A stretch of DNA of 64,000 bases from an uncultured bacterium (GCA_963843285.1 CAWJJO010000017.1:65881-129880), one strand, 5' to 3'. Shown: positions 1 to 9,097, numbered from the stretch's first letter. Notes: generated by a model from the sequence alone, not told the origin. A program made the numbers and translations.

Positions 1-389
1 GGATTCTGAAAACGATGAAAGCCGAAACCATGATATGTGTGAAGAATGATCGGGATTTCTAACGCTGACGCCGCCAATCTTCCCAGGATGCCGGCCTTGG
101 AACTGTGAGTGTGCACAATGTCAGGTTGTAACTCTTTCAGCTGATCGCGAAGTTGATTGTAGGCATGGTAATCCGCAACGGGACGAATCTCTCGGCTCAG
201 ATCGGAGGAAAATTTGAGATTTACATCTTTTAGCTCATGGACTTCATCATCCAGCATTCCACCGGGACCGGATATCAAGTGGCAATCAAACAGGGAGCGA
301 TTCAGATTCTGGATGGTATACAGAGTGTTTTGTTGAGCTCCGCCCAATTCAAGTTTTGTGATGACGTGAACTACTCGCAGTTTTGCCAT
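1..389 (-). CDS. Glycosyltransferase family 4 (GT-B fold), N-terminal part; the gene runs off the left edge
   Basis: Not in the ORF track because there is no stop in the window. The reverse complement from the ATG at 389..387 reads MAKLRVVHVITKLELGGAQQNTLYTIQNL...DIVHTHSSKAGILGRLAA...HTYHGFGF. This is a typical GT4 N-terminal domain. Confidence 0.75.
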   Translation of the reverse strand, partial: MAKLRVVHVITKLELGGAQQNTLYTIQNLNRSLFDCHLISGPGGMLDDEVHELKDVNLKFSSDLSREIRPVADYHAYNQLRDQLKELQPDIVHTHSSKAGILGRLAASALEIPIILHTYHGFGFHRFQN

Positions 390-492
390 GCGTGAAAATT
401 TTATCACGCAACAGGCTCCGACCGCTCTCGCGCTCCGTGTTATTCTGGTCACAGGAAAACAAATTGTGAATCTCAACTGCTGTTTTTTCTCC

Positions 493-1485
493 ATGGTGTT
501 CATGGTCGCAACGCTCCTATCGATCGACCCGAGTGTCTCCAACATCTCCGCGGGCGATACGCAGTCTCGCGCCCAGGAATCGAGTCTCTTCGAATTTCAC
601 AATGGATTCTGGATCAATCTGCATCACTTTCTGCGTGGTTCCGCGCGCAGGGCGCTTCATCCCGATCCTGAAATGACAGCTGAACCTCAACCCGCATTTA
701 GCGACGAAGAAAAAAATACCTGGAATGCTTGTCTGGATTATTACAAGACGCACTATGCCGAGAAGGATCTAACTTTTGATGAAGAGCTACAAAAGATCAA
801 GAACTGGCTGGAAGATGCGGAAAAAGATGAGAAGCTCACCGATCCCATGGATCCGCGGCTTGCAGCGATTCTATCCAGTGCGGCGCCCATCTACAAGAAA
901 TATTGGTGGCAGGCGCACCAACGATCCAATCAGAAGTGGGTAGATGCAACACAGCGGCTGGTGTCTGAATTCGGTTCATCGATCGCAGTACGAATTGCGA
1001 AAGCATATAAAAAAGAATGGCCGTCTGAACCGATCCGTGTGGATGTCACTATTGAGGCTGGTTGGGCGGGGGCATATACGACCATAGATCCGCTCCGGAT
1101 CACGGCCGCCGGCGCCGATCTAAGGTATCAGGAATATGCAGGACTTGAAATGCTATTTCACGAAGCATCGCACGGCTGGGGGCATTACATTTATGAAATC
1201 CTGAATACGGAAGCAAACAAACAGCATCAGACAATGCCGAAAGATCTCTGGCACGCAATCATCTTTTATACGACCGGAGAAATCACCCGGCAACAACTGC
1301 AAAAAGCGGGAATCACCTACAGTCCGTATGCCTACAAGAACGGCGTGTATCAGAGAGGATGGCAGGACAGCCTTTGCATGCTGGAGAAAGGCTGGCAACC
1401 TTATCTAGACGGAAAAGTGACTCTGGAAGCGGCTCTTGAAAACATCATTCGCGATGACGCCAAGTGTCGTGTTCCGCCGCAATGA
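493..1485 (+). CDS. Hypothetical protein with an HExxH-type motif (possible metallopeptidase-like)
   Basis: Track ORF 388..1485. I start it at the ATG at 493 because codon 388 overlaps the divergent GT4 start codon. The motif is LFHEASHGWGH. No family recognised. Confidence 0.5.
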   Translation: MVFMVATLLSIDPSVSNISAGDTQSRAQESSLFEFHNGFWINLHHFLRGSARRALHPDPEMTAEPQPAFSDEEKNTWNACLDYYKTHYAEKDLTFDEELQKIKNWLEDAEKDEKLTDPMDPRLAAILSSAAPIYKKYWWQAHQRSNQKWVDATQRLVSEFGSSIAVRIAKAYKKEWPSEPIRVDVTIEAGWAGAYTTIDPLRITAAGADLRYQEYAGLEMLFHEASHGWGHYIYEILNTEANKQHQTMPKDLWHAIIFYTTGEITRQQLQKAGITYSPYAYKNGVYQRGWQDSLCMLEKGWQPYLDGKVTLEAALENIIRDDAKCRVPPQ

Positions 1486-1501
1486 ATCGCGCGTCAACCT
1501 A

Positions 1502-1969
1502 TTACTGAGACTCTTCTGAAACTTCCGCGGTGAGCTCGATTTCGAGACAGGAGCCAAAGGGAACTTGCGCGACACCGAAAGCGCTGCGGGCATGTGTTCC
1601 GGTCTTTCCGAACACTTCCACAAAGAGCTCGGATGCTCCGTTCGCGACCAGGTGTTGCTCGGTGAAAGTAGGTGCACTGTTCACCAGCACCAGCAACTTT
1701 ACAATTCGTTTGATTCTGTTCAGATTGTCTGTGGCCGCCTGTAACGTACCCAGGAGATCGATTGCTACACCCCGCGCCGCTTCTTTGCCTTGTTGCGTAT
1801 CGAACTCAGCTCCAAGTTTGCCGGTCAACGGCTTGCCGTCTTTTTTCGCAATATGACCAGACAAGAACAGCAGGTTGTTGACGCGTACAAACGGTACAAA
1901 TGCTGCTACCGGCGGGCTTACGGTTGGAAGTGAAATATTGAGCTCTCTCAATTTTTCATATACAGACAT
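1502..1969 (-). CDS. RidA/YjgF/L-PSP family enamine-imine deaminase
   Basis: Track ORF 1502..1984, with the start moved to the ATG at 1969 (MSVYEKL), preceded by GGAG. Family-typical sequences: FVRVNNLLFLSGHIA, VLVNS..., ARSAFGVAQVPFGSCLEIE. Confidence 0.85.
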   Translation of the reverse strand: MSVYEKLRELNISLPTVSPPVAAFVPFVRVNNLLFLSGHIAKKDGKPLTGKLGAEFDTQQGKEAARGVAIDLLGTLQAATDNLNRIKRIVKLLVLVNSAPTFTEQHLVANGASELFVEVFGKTGTHARSAFGVAQVPFGSCLEIELTAEVSEESQ

Positions 1970-1986
1970 CTTCAGCTCCTGCATTC

Positions 1987-2946
1987 CTATTTTGCAAAAT
2001 CGACAGCTTCCGTGTTACCGCCGCAAACAACGACGCCCACACGTTCTTTTCGTTCCGGCAAATAGCCGCCCGATAAGAGCGCCGCGAAGGCGGTAGCGCC
2101 GCCCGGTTCAGCAACAATACGAATTGTGTCCCACAGCATCCTTTGAGCTTGAACAATTGCATCATCCGAAACAAGCACCATTTTGTGTACGTATTGTTTC
2201 GCAATTGGAAACATCAGTTCACCGACGCGTTTTGGCGCCAGCGAATCCGCAGCGATTCCTCCCGCCGGAGCATCTATAGGTTCCCCTGCGCGTAGCGCCC
2301 AGGTCAGTGTTGGCGCGGCTTCCGGCTCTACGCCGATCACGCGAATCGCCCCGCCGTACCATGCGGCGACTCCGCCGATCAGTCCACCTCCACCCACTGC
2401 AATCAATAGTGTATCGAGATCCGGATATTGTTGCTGGAGTTCCAGACCGACAGTTGCCTGGCCCAGTAGAGTTTCGTGCTGATCATAAGCATGGATGATC
2501 AGCGCTCCGGATTGAGCCGCCCAATCCTGGCTGGCTGCCAATGCATCTGCGTATCGCTCCCCGGTAACTACAAGGTCAGCGCCGTATTGTTGGATGCGCG
2601 CTCTTTTGGCAGGTGAAGCAACAGTAGGCACAAAGATTTTCGCCCGTTTGCCAAGTTTCATTGCCGCATAAGCGACGGCAACACCGTGATTTCCACCGGA
2701 TGCTGCCACTACACCCGCTTCCGGCACGTTACGCATCAGCATGTTTGTAAACGCCCCGCGAGTCTTGAAGGATCCGGAATGCTGGAATAATTCGAGCTTC
2801 AGGATTACGGATACTGAATCCAGACCGAATTCCGATCCGTCGATTTCAAGAACCGGCGTTCGGCGGATGTGCGGACGGATGAGCGAGTCGACATTCCGGA
2901 CTTGCTCGCGGTCAATCGCGATATTCTTTGTCGCGGTCATACGCAT
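1987..2946 (-). CDS. PLP-dependent threonine/serine dehydratase (short form without ACT domains)
   Basis: PLP-lysine motif HSGSFKTRGA and glycine loop AVGGGGLIGG. At 319 aa it matches catabolic threonine ammonia-lyase or serine-racemase-like proteins. Confidence 0.85.
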   Translation of the reverse strand: MRMTATKNIAIDREQVRNVDSLIRPHIRRTPVLEIDGSEFGLDSVSVILKLELFQHSGSFKTRGAFTNMLMRNVPEAGVVAASGGNHGVAVAYAAMKLGKRAKIFVPTVASPAKRARIQQYGADLVVTGERYADALAASQDWAAQSGALIIHAYDQHETLLGQATVGLELQQQYPDLDTLLIAVGGGGLIGGVAAWYGGAIRVIGVEPEAAPTLTWALRAGEPIDAPAGGIAADSLAPKRVGELMFPIAKQYVHKMVLVSDDAIVQAQRMLWDTIRIVAEPGGATAFAALLSGGYLPERKERVGVVVCGGNTEAVDFAK

Positions 2947-2951
2947 TGATC

Positions 2952-2996
2952 TTGTATAGGGCTCCTATTGGAGTATAATTAGTTAGTTAGCTAATT
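2952..2996 (+). promoter_or_regulatory. Putative sigma70 promoter plus inverted-repeat operator of the ArsR-family gene
   Basis: TTGTAT (2952..2957), a 16-nt spacer, then a perfect TATAAT (2974..2979). The inverted repeat AATTAG (2977..2982) N8 CTAATT (2991..2996) overlaps the -10. The ATG is at 3003. Confidence 0.4.
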
Positions 2997-3002
2997 GTCA
3001 AT

Positions 3003-3311
3003 ATGAAAAAATATCGCGGCGTTGAATTGCGTGCTCTTGCCAGCGAACGCCGGCTTCAAATTCTGGAATGGCTGAAAGATCCGGTGAAGCACTTCCCTCC
3101 GCAGGTATATGGCGATCTGGTCAAGGATGGAGTTTGCGGTGTCTTCATTGCGGAGAAACTGCGTGTCAGTCAGCCGACCACAAGCATCCATCTGAAGATC
3201 CTGACCCAGGCCGGCTTTGTGCGGGCGAAACGGATCAAGCAATGGACTTTTTACAAACGCGATGAAGCTGCAATCAAGAATATGAAGCGAGTAATTGTTG
3301 CGAGAATCTGA
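3003..3311 (+). CDS. ArsR/SmtB family transcriptional regulator
   Basis: 102 aa with a winged HTH: LRVSQPTTSIHLKILTQAGFVRAKRIKQWTFY. Confidence 0.8.
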   Translation: MKKYRGVELRALASERRLQILEWLKDPVKHFPPQVYGDLVKDGVCGVFIAEKLRVSQPTTSIHLKILTQAGFVRAKRIKQWTFYKRDEAAIKNMKRVIVARI

Positions 3312-3326
3312 TTTCCCGCGAGGAAC

Positions 3327-4379
3327 CTACATTTTCGGGAATTGAATCTGAGCGATCTTCTCCGCCATATCATGGCTTCGCGAGAAGGCGAGCTCCGCCG
3401 CAGCGATCCGACTCAATCGAATCCGCATCGCCTGCACTTCCCCCTGGAAGAAACCGCCGGCAAATCCGTTGAGCGGTCTCTTTTCGGGATTCATCCCGCG
3501 GAATTCGACTGTGGATTCAAGCGAAAGAAACGCCGATTTCCAGTTTGGCGGAGACATGACGTTGGATCCTACGAGAAGCAAAGCGGGTGTCTCGGACGGG
3601 AGAGGCATCGCGCCCATCGAGCGCGCGTACGCTGTAGACCCCGCGGCAGTGGAGACCAGTACTCCGTCGCCCACCATTTTTGGCAGCCGCACTTCGCCAT
3701 CTACTTTCACTTCGATCCATGCTGTCTGGCTGGAGGCTCGCTCCACCCAGGCATCATTGAATGAAAGCGCGGTTTTCCATTCTCCATCCTTGTCCAGTGA
3801 TTCCACATACAACAAAGGCATTTGACGCAGCACCAGATCCTGTGGAGGGAATGTTCCTTCCAAAACTTCTTGTGCATCGTTCATCAGAAACCCGAGGTGA
3901 CCGGCATTGATTCCAAAGAAAGGGATTCGCAGTCTCCAGTATTTCTGGATCGCATGCAACATAGTACCGTCTCCGCCAATCACAAGAATCAAGTTCTGAT
4001 CATCGGAAGAGCGATACTCCTGTAATCTGGAAGACCAATCTACTGCTTTAGGATTTCGTTCATCCGCTACGATCAGCAGACGCGGATCTTGCAAAGCGAA
4101 GTTCGTAACTTTGTTTGGAATTCTTCCGCGATATAGACCGTACCGTTCGATATATCTGCCTACTTCCGGGGTTACAAGAGAACTGATCGACTCGCGGTGG
4201 AACAGCTTTTCCCGGATGATTGCGCTGGATCCTTCGGCATTCAATCGAATCAATTTGTGAACGGGAGGCAGATCCTCCGGGATCCAGATTGGAGCCCGAA
4301 CGCGTAACGACGGCAAACTGGTATTCTTGCCAGAGACGCTTCCCGTCTTCCCAGATCTGATGGATGAACGATAGCTCAC
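3327..4379 (-). CDS. nadK: NAD kinase domain, preceded in the same frame by the C-terminal part of a NadD-like adenylyltransferase
   Basis: NadK motifs LILVIGGDGTMLHA, FGINAGHLGFL and STAAGSTAYARS. The N-terminal roughly 95 aa of this ORF include GSSAIIREKL...VTPEVGRYIERYGLY, the ISST-x-x-R / YI-x-x-x-x-LY end of NadD. The annotated start (GTG 4379) lies inside NadD coding sequence of another frame. Confidence 0.8.
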   Translation of the reverse strand: MSYRSSIRSGKTGSVSGKNTSLPSLRVRAPIWIPEDLPPVHKLIRLNAEGSSAIIREKLFHRESISSLVTPEVGRYIERYGLYRGRIPNKVTNFALQDPRLLIVADERNPKAVDWSSRLQEYRSSDDQNLILVIGGDGTMLHAIQKYWRLRIPFFGINAGHLGFLMNDAQEVLEGTFPPQDLVLRQMPLLYVESLDKDGEWKTALSFNDAWVERASSQTAWIEVKVDGEVRLPKMVGDGVLVSTAAGSTAYARSMGAMPLPSETPALLLVGSNVMSPPNWKSAFLSLESTVEFRGMNPEKRPLNGFAGGFFQGEVQAMRIRLSRIAAAELAFSRSHDMAEKIAQIQFPKM

Positions 4380-4711
4380 TTTTGCCTGACTCGATCAGGT
4401 CCGTGCCGACCACATGCCAGACATCCCCGGCAGCGGCATACCGTTCCTGTAAAAGATGTGTGCGCGTAAAGGTGGCCTGCTCGAGATCAAACAGGTCAAC
4501 GTGAACACCCTTCAAACCGCGAAACGTCAGATCCGTCATCGTCGCGCGGTAAATGGAGTCCACATCGTTCACCATTGTTTTATCGGGACGCGGACCGTGC
4601 GGAACGACGTATACTTCATCAAAATGACGCGGAGAGCTCTTCCGCAATTCGCCGGTGATGGATTCCCGGCGGGTTGAAACTACCTCCGAACACCGCGATC
4701 GTTTTGCTCAT
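4282..4711 (-). pseudogene. nadD: NadD-like nicotinate/nicotinamide mononucleotide adenylyltransferase, N-terminal and central parts, split over two further frames
   Basis: The ATG at 4711 opens MSKTIAVFGGSFNPPGIHHRRIAEELSASF, then TGA (4621..4619). Homology continues in the +1 frame (track ORF 4060..4647: HFDEVYVVPHGPRPDK...WHVVGTDLIES...FAVVTRSG). It then continues in the frame of ORF 3327..4379. This is either a real disruption or homopolymer indel errors. Confidence 0.6.
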
Positions 4712-4782
4712 AGGAAAAAATCTTATCACGATAATGTTCCTGCAACGAACTCAATTCGAAGCATCGGAACGAATCGGATGAT

Positions 4783-5412
4783 CTACTTTCGGCGGATGAC
4801 GTAGGAGCAGTAATTTTGACCGTTCAGGATGTGATGGTCCCGGGTGACCTTTGCATCCAATAGTTCGGAGAGAAAGTTTTGCTCGCAGCTGCAAGCATCG
4901 GGATATTCTTTCGCTACTTTCGAAATCGGGCAATTCAAGAGCTTGATGACGAATTGTTTCTTGTTTACACGCTCTTGCTCCGTCATGTAGTCATTTTCAT
5001 TCAGGATTTGGGAAAGGATTTGTACGCGGGCGGAGAGATTTTTCCCTTTCATGCGGTTCCGGTTGGATTGGAGATCCGTTTTAAATCGAGCCTCAAACAA
5101 TTTACGGATGCGTCGCATCCCGTCCCGAGCGCCGAGTTCCTGTAAGAAGTCCATTAAAAGGCGTCCGTAGCTTTTTGGAAACATATCATCCGCTGATTCT
5201 GTCAGCTTGAAAACACGCACCGGCCTGCCTCTTTTCGGTTGTCTCACGAATTCGGACCGGACCATGCCCTGACTTTCGAGCGCGGCAATCGGCCGGTGGA
5301 CGGCCATAGCTGTCACCCCCAGAGAACGGCACAACTCATCCACGGTCATCCCATCTTCGCTTTTTCGCAGCAGATAGACAATCTGACGCGAAGACCCGGT
5401 CATTTCTTTCAT
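4783..5412 (-). CDS. SufR-like transcriptional regulator (wHTH plus a C-terminal Cys cluster)
   Basis: Divergent from sufB. The N-terminal wHTH is MTVDELCRSLGVTAMAVHRPIAALESQGMV. There are four Cys in the last 50 aa (NCP...ACSC...YCSY), as expected for an Fe-S sensing SufR. Confidence 0.6.
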   Translation of the reverse strand: MKEMTGSSRQIVYLLRKSEDGMTVDELCRSLGVTAMAVHRPIAALESQGMVRSEFVRQPKRGRPVRVFKLTESADDMFPKSYGRLLMDFLQELGARDGMRRIRKLFEARFKTDLQSNRNRMKGKNLSARVQILSQILNENDYMTEQERVNKKQFVIKLLNCPISKVAKEYPDACSCEQNFLSELLDAKVTRDHHILNGQNYCSYVIRRK

Positions 5413-5491
5413 AGCCTAATTATGCGCCTGGCGGAACGGCTTGTCCAGCGGGATTTCGATTTTCTAGACTTGTTATTCTATTAAATCTATT

Positions 5492-5526
5492 GTTATCTTG
5501 ACAACCGGAGCTGGAAAGCTTAACCT
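5492..5526 (+). promoter_or_regulatory. Putative suf promoter with an overlapping imperfect palindrome
   Basis: TTGACA (5498..5503), a 17-nt spacer, then TAACCT (5521..5526). The imperfect palindrome GTTATCTTGACAAC (5492..5505, 10 of 14 self-complementary) overlaps the -35. Confidence 0.3.
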
Positions 5527-5543
5527 CAAATGAAGGTGAAACT

Positions 5544-6992
5544 ATGGCCACTTCTCGAGAGATACAGGACCTAACGGAGCAGGAATATAAGTTTGGTTTC
5601 GTCACGCCGATCGATGCCGAGTCCGCCCCGCCGGGTCTGAGCGAAGAGACGATCCGCTTTATTTCGGCCAGGAAGAATGAGCCGCAATTCATGCTGGATT
5701 GGCGTCTGAAGGCGTATCATCACTGGTCTAATTTGGAGAAGGCGCAGGCCGAGCCCAAATGGGCCAACATCAAGTATGGCCCGATCGACTACCAGCAGAT
5801 CATTTATTATTCAGCTCCGAGAAAGCGACCGAACAGCCTCGAGGAGGTGGATCCGGAGCTGCTGGCGATGTACGAAAAACTGGGTGTTCCGCTGAAAGAA
5901 CGCGAGCTTCTCGCGGGAGTGGCTGTCGACGCAGTTCTGGATAGTGTTTCGGTAGCTACGACCTTCAAGGAAAAGCTGGGTGAGCTGGGGATCATCTTTT
6001 GCTCTTTTTCCGAAGCCGTCCTGAAGCACCCGGATCTCGTAAAGAAGTATCTGGGATCTGTTGTCCCGTACACTGATAACTTTTTTGCCTCATTGAACGC
6101 GGCTGTTTTTAGCGATGGCTCTTTTTGCTATGTGCCGAAGGGGGTCCGTTGTCCAATGGAGCTTTCCACGTACTTTCGAATCAATGCGGCAGACACCGGC
6201 CAATTTGAACGGACTCTGATCATTGCTGAGGAAGGCAGCTTTGTAAGCTACCTCGAAGGATGCACGGCTCCGATCCGCGATGAGAACCAGTTGCACGCGG
6301 CAGTGGTGGAACTAATCGCCATGGAAAATGCCGAGATTAAGTATTCGACCATCCAGAACTGGTATCCGGGAGATAAAGAAGGAAAAGGCGGGATCTACAA
6401 TTTTGTAACAAAACGGGGAAAGTGTGCCGGAAGGAATTCCAAGATTTCCTGGACCCAGGTTGAAACCGGATCGGCTATTACATGGAAATATCCCAGCGTG
6501 ATTTTACAGGGAGATAACTCGATTGGTGAATTCTATTCTGTCGCTTTGACAAACAATCGTCAGCAGGCTGATACCGGAACAAAAATGATCCATATCGGCA
6601 AGAACACGCGAAGCACCATCATTACGAAAGGAATCTCCGCCGGGTACGGAAACAACACGTATCGTGGCCTGGTTCAGGTCCTACCCACCGCAGTCCGCGC
6701 GAGGAATTACTCGCAATGCGATTCCTTGCTGCTGGGAGACAAGTGCGGCGCTCACACCTTCCCTTATATTGATGTTCGCAACAGCACGGCTGTTCTGGAG
6801 CATGAAGCCTCTACTTCCAAGATCAGCGATGAACAACTGTTTTACTGCAAGCAGCGGGGTGTTTCCGCTGAAAGCGCCGTGAATTTAATTGTCAGCGGGT
6901 TCTGCAAAGAAGTATTCAAGAAGTTGCCGATGGAGTTTGCCGTAGAAGCACACAAGCTGTTGGGAGTCAGTCTGGAAGGAGCTGTGGGATAA
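5544..6992 (+). CDS. sufB: Fe-S cluster assembly scaffold SufB
   Basis: 482 aa, a typical SufB sequence throughout ([30 protein letters not shown]). It is the first gene of sufBCDSU. Confidence 0.95.
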   Translation: MATSREIQDLTEQEYKFGFVTPIDAESAPPGLSEETIRFISARKNEPQFMLDWRLKAYHHWSNLEKAQAEPKWANIKYGPIDYQQIIYYSAPRKRPNSLEEVDPELLAMYEKLGVPLKERELLAGVAVDAVLDSVSVATTFKEKLGELGIIFCSFSEAVLKHPDLVKKYLGSVVPYTDNFFASLNAAVFSDGSFCYVPKGVRCPMELSTYFRINAADTGQFERTLIIAEEGSFVSYLEGCTAPIRDENQLHAAVVELIAMENAEIKYSTIQNWYPGDKEGKGGIYNFVTKRGKCAGRNSKISWTQVETGSAITWKYPSVILQGDNSIGEFYSVALTNNRQQADTGTKMIHIGKNTRSTIITKGISAGYGNNTYRGLVQVLPTAVRARNYSQCDSLLLGDKCGAHTFPYIDVRNSTAVLEHEASTSKISDEQLFYCKQRGVSAESAVNLIVSGFCKEVFKKLPMEFAVEAHKLLGVSLEGAVG

Positions 6993-7017
6993 ACCACAGA
7001 GACACCGAGACACGGAG
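6993..7017 (+). repeat. 25-nt dispersed repeat ACCACRGAGACACMGAGRCACGGAG, copy 1
   Basis: Starts directly after the sufB stop. 22 of 25 nt are identical to 43171..43195. Its terminal GGAG serves as the SD for sufC. Confidence 0.7.
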
Positions 7018-7025
7018 TGGACTAT

Positions 7026-7784
7026 ATGTTGGAAATCAAGAATTTACATGTGGCTGTTGAGGGCAAGAAAATCTTGTCTGGCATCAGTTTGAACGTGAAT
7101 GCAGGGGAGACGCACGCGATTATGGGTCCGAACGGCTCGGGCAAGAGCACTCTGGCACAGGTGCTGGCCGGTCATCCCGCCTACACAATCCTGGAAGGGG
7201 AAGTTCTATACGAAGGAAAAAATCTCCTGGAAATGGCTCCTGAAATCCGCGCACGGGAAGGGGTGTTTCTTGCCTTTCAATATCCGGTAGAAATTCCCGG
7301 AGTCATGAATTTTCATTTTCTCAATACAGCACTGAACGAAATCCGGAAGCATCGTGGCCTGGAAGAGATGGATGCGATGGACTTCTCGCATTATCTGGAG
7401 GAAAAGGTGAAGCTACTTGAAATGGATGTGAATCTGGTCCGCCGGCGGCTCAATGAAGGTTTTTCGGGAGGCGAGAAGAAACGGAATGAGATCTTGCAGA
7501 TGGCGGTATTGGAACCAAAGCTGGCTATTTTAGATGAGACGGATTCAGGCTTGGATATCGATGCACTAAAAACGGTGGCCGCGGCGGTGAATCGTTTCCG
7601 GAGGCCGGATCATGCGATTCTTCTGGTAACTCATTACCAGAGGATACTCAACTACGTCACACCGGATTTCGTGCATGTGCTATTCAACGGGCGAATTGTA
7701 AAATCGGGCGCCAAAGACCTGGCGCTGGAATTGGAAGCCAGGGGATATGACTGGATCAAAGAGGAAGTTGAGGTGACCGGGTAA
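7026..7784 (+). CDS. sufC: Fe-S cluster assembly ATPase SufC
   Basis: Walker A GPNGSGKST, signature FSGGEKKR, Walker B AILDETDSGLD. The ATG at 7026 lies 8 nt after GGAG. The track ORF starts at GTG 7017. Confidence 0.95.
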   Translation: MLEIKNLHVAVEGKKILSGISLNVNAGETHAIMGPNGSGKSTLAQVLAGHPAYTILEGEVLYEGKNLLEMAPEIRAREGVFLAFQYPVEIPGVMNFHFLNTALNEIRKHRGLEEMDAMDFSHYLEEKVKLLEMDVNLVRRRLNEGFSGGEKKRNEILQMAVLEPKLAILDETDSGLDIDALKTVAAAVNRFRRPDHAILLVTHYQRILNYVTPDFVHVLFNGRIVKSGAKDLALELEARGYDWIKEEVEVTG

Positions 7785-9097
7785 TGGCGGAAGAAAAACA
7801 GTCATACATCCAGGATTTCAAACGCTTGGAAGAGCGCATGCAGCCGGCTTCCGGCTGGTTGCAGAAACTGCGCCTGGAGGCGTTCGACCGCTTTGCCTCT
7901 CTTCATTTTCCAACCACACATGAAGAAGAGTGGAGATTTACGAATACGGCTCCGCTTTCGAAGATCCCTTTTCGCGCCGTATTTGAATCATTCAAGGAGC
8001 CGGATCTTTCGCAGTTGGAACCGTTTCTTTTTGGTAAGGAAACGCGCCTGGTTTTTGTAAACGGTTGTTATGCCGAGCGACTCTCTTCTGATCGCTCTTC
8101 AGGTCTTCGCGTGGATAATCTCGAACAAGCCATGCTTCATCCAGCAAGCCTGGAAGAGCACCTGGCGCGCTATGCGGGATGGGGACAAAACACTTTCACT
8201 GCGCTGAACACGGCATTTTTGCTGGATGGGGCTTTCGTGGAAATTCCCGAAGGTATGATTCTTGAAAAGCCGATTCATCTACTGTATCTTTCCACCGCGC
8301 CAACAGATACGGTTTTCCATCCGCGAGTGTTGATAGTTGCCGGAAAAGGCAGCGAAGCTACCATCGTTGAAAGTTACATCAGCTTAACGGATCACCGCTA
8401 TTTTTCTAACGCCGTTGCGGAAGTAGTGCTGGGAGAAGGTTCTATCTTGCATCATCTGAAGATCCAGAAGGAGAGTCCAAAAGGCTTTCATGTTTCTACG
8501 ATTCAAGTCCAACAGAATCGAGATTCTGCATATTCCTCTTTCGTGTTGACTTTAGGGGCGGAACTTTCCCGGACCGATCTGAATGTGCGGATCGATGGGT
8601 TAGGGGCACGGTGCACCCTAAATGGTCTCTATCTGGTTTCCGGAAACCAGCATACCGATCACCACACAGAAATTGACCATGTCCGGCCGCATGGCACAAG
8701 TCAGGAATTGTACAAGGGAATTCTGGATGGCAAATCGCGCGCCGTTTTTAACGGCAAGATCATCGTAAGGAAGGATGCGCAACGGACCGATGCAAAGCAA
8801 GTCAACAAGAATCTGCTTTTGTCCGATGGCGCCCGGATCAACACAAAGCCGCAGTTGGAGATTCTGGCGAATGACGTGAAATGCAATCACGGCGCCACCA
8901 TCGGTCATCTGGAAGAAGAAGCTCTGTTTTATTTGAGGAGTCGCGGGATGAGCGATCCGAGCGCCCGCACTCTCCTGATGTATGGCTTTGTAAACGATGT
9001 ATCGGGGCGCATTCGATCGGAGGAAGTGCGCGAGAAAATCGAAAGAATTTTGATGGGACGTCTTCAGGATTTTGCCGGTACACAGGAAGCAGCATGA
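7784..9097 (+). CDS. sufD: Fe-S cluster assembly protein SufD
   Basis: 437 aa with a SufD-type beta-helix C-terminal region (NGKIIVRKDAQRTDAKQVNKNLLLSD...PQLEI). Its start overlaps the sufC stop. Confidence 0.9.
   Translation: MAEEKQSYIQDFKRLEERMQPASGWLQKLRLEAFDRFASLHFPTTHEEEWRFTNTAPLSKIPFRAVFESFKEPDLSQLEPFLFGKETRLVFVNGCYAERLSSDRSSGLRVDNLEQAMLHPASLEEHLARYAGWGQNTFTALNTAFLLDGAFVEIPEGMILEKPIHLLYLSTAPTDTVFHPRVLIVAGKGSEATIVESYISLTDHRYFSNAVAEVVLGEGSILHHLKIQKESPKGFHVSTIQVQQNRDSAYSSFVLTLGAELSRTDLNVRIDGLGARCTLNGLYLVSGNQHTDHHTEIDHVRPHGTSQELYKGILDGKSRAVFNGKIIVRKDAQRTDAKQVNKNLLLSDGARINTKPQLEILANDVKCNHGATIGHLEEEALFYLRSRGMSDPSARTLLMYGFVNDVSGRIRSEEVREKIERILMGRLQDFAGTQEAA

Noticed and set aside
4619-4630. 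Treating UCA-UUU-UGA as a genuine prfB-like programmed +1 frameshift site.
   Set aside because: I did not adopt this as the primary explanation. A second +1 change without a stop is also required 340 nt downstream. There is no strong SD-like stimulator at the prfB spacing, and a third frame break elsewhere also sits on a homopolymer. Sequencing indels are therefore more parsimonious. It is kept only as an alternative inside the nadD-nadK finding.
8881-9093. Long N-terminal extension of the SufS ORF in the track (start at 8881).
   Set aside because: It lies entirely inside sufD in another frame and is Arg/Ser-rich and low in complexity. The ATG at 9094 gives the canonical SufS N-terminus and an ATGA overlap with the sufD stop.
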